Shown: piece by piece, positions 56,693 through 64,000 of the stretch
Layout of the letters: each line of letters begins with the position of its first letter
Position numbering within the stretch: the stretch's first letter is position 1
DNA from: Felis catus
Lineage: Eukaryota
DNA length: 64,000 nt
Reading direction: 5' to 3'
Assembly (NCBI RefSeq): GCF_018350175.1
Contig: NC_058375.1
Coordinates: 104,160,001 to 104,224,000, forward strand
Notes under the pieces: generated by a model
Databases searched by the model: none
Told to the model about the DNA's origin: nothing
What the model saw: only the letters and a program-made list of their open reading frames with translations
Program-made: the position numbers and the translations under genes

Positions 56693-56921
56693 TTTCTTTC
56701 TTTCTTTTTTTTAAATGTTTATTTATTTTTGAGAGAGACAGAGAGAAAGACAGAGTACGAGCAGAGAGGGACAGAGAGAGCAGGAGACACAGAATCTGAA
56801 GCAGGCTCCAGGCTCTGACCTGTCAGCACAGAGCCTGACATGGGGCTCAAACTCACGGACTGTGAGATCATGACCTGAGCCAAAGTCAGTCCCTTAATTG
56901 ACTGAGCCACCCAGGTACCTT
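56693..56921 (-). mobile_element. CAN-SINE in POLR3GL intron 1
   Basis: TSD TCCCTTTGGTTTCT on both sides. Confidence 0.92.
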
Positions 56922-56939
56922 CCCTTTGGTTTCTGATTT

Positions 56940-57660
56940 AAAAAGTAATATACATTTATTCTAAAAAAATTGGAAACACATAAAGGTGTAGATAAAAATG
57001 TCTATTATTTCATGACCATGATCTAGGGATAACCGTTATTATTATATTGTTATTATTATTATCAATTTCTTTTCTGCACGTATACATGTGTGTGTTACAT
57101 AAATCAGGCTATACCACAAATATAATTTTTATCCCGTTTCCCTCCACTGTACATAGTGAACATTTTTTTTTGCCTTTAAGTATTATTTGAAGTCATTTTT
57201 CTTTCTACATGATAGCCTAAAATGGATATTTGATTTTTTTTTTTAACCATTCATTTTTTTGTTGAGCCATTTAGGTTATTTCAGAAGTTTTGCTACCATG
57301 GATAGCTCTTTGATGACCAGACATGTTTATATGTCTGACTATATATATGATGACATCTTTAAGGGTACATTTTTTAAAGTAGGATTACTGGATTAAGGAT
57401 ATGAACATTTAAAAGGCTGTTGCTCCCCTGAAATACTGTGTATAAAGACAATCCTTCCAATGAGGTATGAGAGTGTCCCATCTCAAAAAAACTGTGGCAA
57501 CCTGATTATTCTTTAAGTGTTTGTCAATTTGGTAGGTGAAGAATGGTTTTGTCGATCATTATTTTATCAATTGCCTATTCATGTCCTTTGCACATTTATT
57601 CTATTGGTATGATTTTTTTCATTTGCATGTCCATGAGTTCTTATATAATAAGAGTATTAA
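56940..57660 (-). mobile_element. Old L1 (L1M-type) fragment
   Basis: T-rich antisense L1 3' motifs such as GGATTACTGGATTAAGG, GTATGAGAGTGTCC and TGCCTATTCATGTCCTTTGC. Confidence 0.55.
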
Positions 57661-59559
57661 CTCCTTGCTTTATTTATCAGAAATATGGGAAACCCTAAAT
57701 ATTAGAGTGCCCTAGGCCTCAATCTCTGGATCTCTTCTTTTCTCTGTTCACATCCACTCCTTTAGGGATCCCACCCAGTCTCATGGCTTGAAATATTTGT
57801 ATACTGACAACTCCACCAATTTAAACTCCATTGGTATAGCAGTTTTTGTTTGTTTTGCTCACTGCTATGCCCCTAGCACTTGGAACAGTGCTTGGCATAT
57901 AACAAGCACCCAGTAGATATTTTTTGAATGAATTAAGATGATATTATTTTATTATTATTATTATTATTCCCATTTTACAGATGAGGAAACAGGTTTAGAG
58001 ATATTAAATAAATTGCTGTAGGTTGTATAACTAGGAAATGGCAGAACTAGAATTCAAATCCATGTTCTTAACCACTACACGTACTGCCTTTCTTAAATTT
58101 GATGTCATGGTTTTTCTGTATTTTGTTGAAATCTGCTTCTTAGTAACTTCTACCACAATACAGTTAGGAATAAATGGGAATGAGTGTCATGTATATGAGA
58201 TGTTGTTGTTTGGGGGAAGGAGAGTGCACAGGTGAACTCTAGGGAGGGTTGACGATAAGAAAAAGCAATTTGGGACCAGATTATGGAAGACCCTAAATAT
58301 CCTCAAGAATTTAGATTCAATCACAGTCTTAAAGAGAAGAAACTCATGGTAGATTCCTGACCTGAGGGGGTTGAGATGGATGGTTCAGTTTCCCAACCAA
58401 CCACCAGTTTATTGCCTCAATTAAATAAAGGTTTTTCTTTTTCTCTCTCTCTTTTTTTTTTTTTTTTTTTTTACCCCACATCCTTGGAGGCCACTTGGTT
58501 ATATGTGGAAATGGAATTCAATGTGTCTAACCTCAAAGCTCATAGCTTTTTCTTGACTCCTTACTGCTATGCAATCAAAACAGCTCCCGTCCCCACTGCC
58601 AGAACTGGGTCTGTCAAGTGGAATTATACCTAAACCAGCTGGTTAGTGTCCTTTCCCCTGAAAGGGCCTAAAGACATGCTTACAAATTCTTACTTCTTCT
58701 CTAGTGTCCATGAGACATCCTTTCTCTCCTAATAAGTCCTTTCAATCAGATCACAATTTAACCTATTAGCTACTTCTTATTTTTTCCTCACATTTTTTGT
58801 TGGACCTAAAACTTTCCAAATTCCTCAGACACACATTTTTTCACCCTCTCCTTCCTGCTACATATTGTTAATCTCACCTACTACTCTGTTGGTATGTTTT
58901 AAAATTTTTTAATCATTATTTTTCTCTTATTACAAAAGAAATACCTTTCAGTATAGAAAACAAACGTTAAAATACACATAACCCCTCAAAAAGCGAACAC
59001 CCATCACCTCAAATTAACCAATATTAATTTTGAGTGTATAACCTTCAAAAACAACTTTTTTTTCCATCATACATGAAGTATGTATGTGTGTGTTTGACAA
59101 AATAGATTTCTTTATCCACATTTCTAAATCTTTTTTTCACCAGCTAATCTTTTGTTGAGTGCATTTTGTTGAACTATATATTTCTTGTTTAGAGTGTTTT
59201 TTGGATATTAATTGAAGAACAAATATTATTAATTGAAGACTTGCAAAGTGAGCCAGGGATTCCTCTTACTAAAGATGTTTAAATAGAAACTAGATAACAA
59301 TTTACTAAATATGGTTTATCCGAGGAAGGATACATGTCTAGAGTAGAAGATTCACTATGATCCCCATTGTCCAGCATTGTGTCTGGCATATAGTAAATGC
59401 TCAATAAAAATTTGTTGAATGAATGAATACATGATTTCTGAGGGCTCTTCTTAACTTGAGATCTTGTGATTCATCAAGCCTCCCCTCATTATCCCAGTCC
59501 CCCTAGATTTCTCCCCTATCCCATCATATTAAGGGCACATACTAGCAGTGTAATTTAAT

Positions 59560-60140
59560 ATTGTTTATGTTGAACTTGGTCACCTGACTGAAGTAGTGTT
59601 TGTCCACCTTATCCACTGTAGAGTTATACTGCTCTCCACCTTTCCAAAGCTGAATTGGACAAAATTCCCTATATATAGTCCACCCTTAAGGAGTGGGAAG
59701 TTCTACTCCCCCTCTTCAGGGTGGAATCTACATAATTTATTTGGAATTCTACACAAGAGGTTTGTCTTTGCTCCCCCATGTATTAACTTATTTAATCATT
59801 TCTTTCTATCAGTATGGACTCATGATATTTATTTTATACTTTGGGGTTATAACATAATACTACTTTATTGCTCAAATTCTTCTTTGGCCATTGGGATCTC
59901 TTCCAGTAGACTCTTATGCCCCTTTGACATAGCCTGCCAATGTCTGTATGTTGTTGTTTTGAGTGCTTCTTTACTTTCTGGCACTAGAAGATGCTTCAGG
60001 CTCGCCTTGGGTATTTCCTGCCCCAGCCCTTAGAATCAGCCATTTCTCCAAGAAGCCCTGGGTCTTTTTTTGTTGGAAAATGGTCTTAGAAACCAAGATC
60101 TGGGTGCTTGGTGTGCTCTTTGTCACTGGGATATCATTTC
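59560..60140 (-). mobile_element. Old L1 (L1MC/MD-type) 3' fragment
   Basis: ACTTTCTGGCACTA...ATGCTTCAGGCTC...GAATCAGCCATTTCTCCAAG...TTAGAAACCAAGATCTGGGTGCT. Confidence 0.65.
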
Positions 60141-60337
60141 TTACAAGTTTCATTTTCATTTGGTAACTTTACCCCCCATCCTACCTGCCTCTGACTGGTC
60201 CCTTAAGATTGATGACAACAGGCAGAGTTCTGCTACTTCTAGTAACAGAAGGAACTTTCGATTCATCAGAGTTTATCACTGTGGGGTGGGCTGCCTTGGG
60301 GGAGAACAGACACCCTCTCTTTAAGAAAATGCCACTG

Positions 60338-60542
60338 TGGGTGCCTGGGTGGCTCAGTCAGTTAAGCATCCGACTTCGGTTCGGGTGTCATGATCTCCCG
60401 GTTTGTGGGTTTGAGCCCCGCATCAGGCTCAGAACCTGGAGCCTGCTTCAGATTCTGTGTCTCCCTCTCTCTCTGTCCCTCCCCCACTTGCACTCTGTGT
60501 CTTGCTCTCAAAAATAAATAAACATTAAAAAAGAAAGAAAGA
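60338..60542 (+). mobile_element. CAN-SINE with a small internal deletion
   Basis: TSD AAGAAAATGCCACTG on both sides. Confidence 0.9.
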
Positions 60543-61187
60543 AAGAAAATGCCACTGGAAGTGAAATGATTAACAACTTACAAAGTGGAGTACTGGGTTG
60601 GGAGGGCTTTTGGACTAGATACCTCTACTGGTCCTTCCAACTCTAAGATTCTAAGTGCTCCTAAGTGGTATTACAAAAAAAATAAATTGATTGTAATGGC
60701 TCTCCCCACCACCACCTCCCACCACTGACCGTGAGACTGATGACTTATCCTTATCCCCCATAGTAGATGCTTAATACATGTTTTGCTGAAATTCACTGCG
60801 TTGGATTGAATTGGGGCCTGGTTGGGTGTGGAAAGCCAGGCGATATGCAGACGGTGACAAATATCAAATTACCTTAGGGATGGAGGGAAGTTTTATCCAG
60901 AGGTCTAATCACTTTCCCTTTTGTGCTGGAGTTATACTACTTTGCAGTTATCTGTCCTGTTGGGACTATGTCTCATCCGTGTCTGTATTTCCAGAAATAC
61001 GCTGCCTGGTACAATGCCTTTCCTATCAACATTTGTTGAATTACACTGGTTTTGGGGGGCCCTAGGGGAAAAGACTGAGTGTCTTGCACCTCCCTGGCTT
61101 CCTATCATTCTACCATACTTTTCTCTTTGTTTTTGTCTTTATCAGGTTTTTCTCACTGGATCTGTGAATACCCAGGCCCCCTCCACC

Positions 61188-63888
61188 ATGGCCAGTCGGG
61201 GTGGGGGCCGGGGTCGTGGCCGGGGCCAACTGACCTTCAACATGGAGGCTGTGGGCATTGGGAAGGGGGATGCTCTTCCCCCACCCACCCTGCAGCCTTC
61301 TCCACTCTTCCCTGTGAGTATCTGCCCCCCTTCCTGAGACTCCCGTGTGCCCCTGGCTGACTATATGTGATCCAGGATTCCTTGTGGGCCATCATAAAAC
61401 TCATCTTGCCCCTTTCTGTCTCTATGCTTCCAACTCACATGGGATGTTTCCCAGGCAAGGTAGTTTCTCATACTCTCAGCTCCCCAGCTTTCAAAATACT
61501 GTATTGTTCCCCACATTTTTCTTGGCCCTCTGTTCAGTGGGAGCATTGGATTGAACTGGGGGGGAGAGAGACCCTTCTAGATTTGTTCTCTAGTGTTTTT
61601 TTCCCTGAACTGACCACTGCCCCTGCTTCCTTAGCCCTTGGAGTTCCGCCCAGTGCCTCTGCCCTCAGGAGAGGAAGGGGAATATGTTCTGGCACTGAAG
61701 CAGGAGCTACGAGGGGCCATGAGGCAGCTCCCCTACTTCATCCGGCCAGCTGTCCCCAAGAGAGGTCAGTTGGAATGCTAGCATCGTGTTCTGAGTGCCT
61801 TTCATGAGCAGTGCCCTGTACACAGCACTCTGCGGGCCAGAGAGGCCAGAAGCAGCACAGGAAGCTCGCTGTCTAACTGGGGAGATCATAACAATTACCC
61901 CTGCATTTGAAATGCATTATCCGTGGTTTGTTCTGAGTCTCACACACGGGTCTCTGAGAAGCCCTCCTAAGCTTAACAGGATTACAAAGAGGTCAGGGAG
62001 ACCAGGAGGGACTGGAGAAGGGGAGTCACTGGGAGGCTTGGGATACTGGATATTTACCAGCAGGTGTGGAAGTGCAGTGTTGGAGTATATTGACAAACAG
62101 TGCTTTCTGATTAAAGCCTTAGGAGCTGAAGCTCAGAGGCATGAAAGGCCTGCCTGGTAGCCCCATTAGCAAGGAGTAAAGGGAAGACTGAAACCCTAGT
62201 CTCTTGCTCTCTAGTATACTTCCACCGTATCACACTACCTCTCAATATTGCCATGCCTTTGGGTTAAGGGAGATAACAAAACATTGTAATTTGGGGTGCA
62301 AAGGGACAACATGGATGAGTGTTGAAGGTCCTTGTTAAAGCTGATCCCCTGGGCTCTGAGCTTGGGGAACAGACAGTGCCTGAGTATTGAGAGGGCTGGG
62401 TCCTCAGAAACAACCCTGTTCTAGGGCTCTGAAAGGATAAAACTTTGACCCTTGGCCTCTGACCCCTCAGATGTGGAGCGTTACTCAGACAAATATCAGA
62501 TGTCAGGGCCGATTGACAATGCCATCGATTGGAACCCTGGTAGGTGATGGGCCCTTTCGTTGCCTGCCCTTTCTTAAAATCCTTGAGATGCCATGAGCGA
62601 CCAGCCCATCCACCTTTCTCTGTCCCCTCCTCCCCTCTATACAGTATTTACACACTGGAGCCTTAGATGTCCTCCCAAACACTCTCAGACTCTACCTTAA
62701 AACCTATCAAATAGCCCCCGTTTCCCTGGAGGCACCCAAGCCACAGTTTTGTTCCAAGTAACTTTGACCCAATCCCTTCCTTCCTCACCATTATCCTGAC
62801 TCTTACTTCTCCTTTAAAACCGGTTATTCACAGGAGACCCCAGGCAGGGTCTTACTGACTTTTATGTTCCCACTGTTCCCAGATTGGCGACGTTTACCCC
62901 GTGAGTTAAAGATCCGAGTGCGGAAGCTACAAAAGGAACGTGAGTATATCTGGGAAAAGGAGGCAGAAGAGAGATTTCCTTCATCAGCTGGAGGGCCAAG
63001 GCTGTTGGTGGTCTTGCCTGCCGTCCCAGTTCCTGCCCATTCCACCCAGTATGGTAGCTGGGTGCCGTGTGGCCACATGAGGGCAGCAGAGTGACATGGT
63101 CTCTGCAAGAGGGTGGGGTGGACCGCTAACAAGGAAGTTTGCTCTCAGATGATTCACCTTTTGATTCCCTGACCAGGGACCACCATCCTAATCCCCAAGA
63201 GGCCCCCCAAGAACACAGAAGATAAGGAAGAAACAATACAGAAACTGGAGGTGAGGAGGAAATGTGCATAGAGACCACCTGGGTCCCAGCCCCATTCCCT
63301 GTCCTTTGGCCCATCTGTGCCTCATTCTTTCCCTTCTCTGAGCTGAGTCCGAGTTTCTCCTTCTGTTCATCTTTACATCAGACCCTGGAGAAGAAGGAGG
63401 AGGAAGTGACTTCAGAGGAAGATGAAGAGAAAGAAGAAGAAGAAGAGAAGGAAGAGGAAGAAGAAGAGGAGTACGACGAAGAAGAACATGAAGAGGTGAG
63501 AGGGCTCTCCTTCCACCCTCAGTTCCCCTCTCTTTCTCACAAGCTCTGGGAGTCTCAATTCCATCCACCAGGGTTGTTCTCCTCCAGAGGGTTGGAGAGC
63601 CAAAGGAGATGTCCCCCCAGAGAAGAGCGCCCTCCACTTCATGTGCCCCCAGGCTCTTCTCAAGAGCAAGTGGCAGCCCCAAGGGACTTCCCAGGCCTGG
63701 AATGGTTTAAGGGTGGGAGGAGGGGGGCGGCTGCTGATACACTGGGAGGAAGGAGAATGCTGAAAACGTGCCTACTTTGATTTCTTTTTGTTCTGTTTCA
63801 GGAAACTGATTACATCATGTCATATTTTGACAATGGAGAGGACTTTGGGGGTGACAGTGATGACAATATGGATGAGGCTATATACTGA
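61188..63888 (+). CDS. POLR3GL: RNA polymerase III subunit RPC7-like (RPC32 beta)
   Basis: Exons 61188-61313, 61635-61764, 62471-62539, 62883-62939, 63177-63250, 63382-63495, 63802-63888 total 657 nt (218 aa). MASRGGGRGRGRGQLTFN..., DVERYSDKY, DWRRLPRELK, acidic tail ending ETDYIMSYFDNGEDFGGDSDDNMDEAIY. Confidence 0.97.
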
Positions 63889-64000
63889 AGAAGGACCCTG
63901 AACAATATCTCAGACCTTCACATCAATCTTGATTGAAGATACAGAAGTAACGGTCGCTATTACTTGGTTTTGTGGACAAGCAAATCATTTGCTTAGAGTC

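Overview
Mammalian genomic DNA, almost certainly a felid given the felid-type CAN-SINEs. It is syntenic with the human 1q21.1 TAR-syndrome interval. Gene order left to right: ITGA10 (minus strand, exons 1-24, 3' part beyond the window), PEX11B (minus), a multiply disabled GNRHR2 pseudogene (plus; head-to-head with PEX11B, exons 2-3 antisense to the RBM8A 3' region), RBM8A (minus), LIX1L (minus), ANKRD34A (minus, single coding exon) and POLR3GL (plus, complete). Every visible exon boundary of the intact genes is GT-AG and keeps the frame. Two N-gaps hide most of PEX11B exon 3 and LIX1L exon 6. Introns carry about 20 CAN-SINEs plus MIR, L2, L1, MaLR/ERVL LTR and MER33 relics. I see no evidence of a wholly new biological system. 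The best leads are: lineage-specific GNRHR2 lesions with a residual ORF; a 70-bp (CG)10(CA)16(CG)5 Z-DNA-prone tract in the PEX11B/GNRHR2 promoter; an expanded (GGA)n poly-Gly in ANKRD34A; a MIR-like alternative PEX11B start exon with a GC donor; a young SINE beside the LIX1L exon 4 donor; a (UG)21 tract at an ITGA10 I-domain acceptor; and candidate ANKRD34A 5' exons and an internal promoter. Comparisons with orthologues are from memory and need alignment to confirm.
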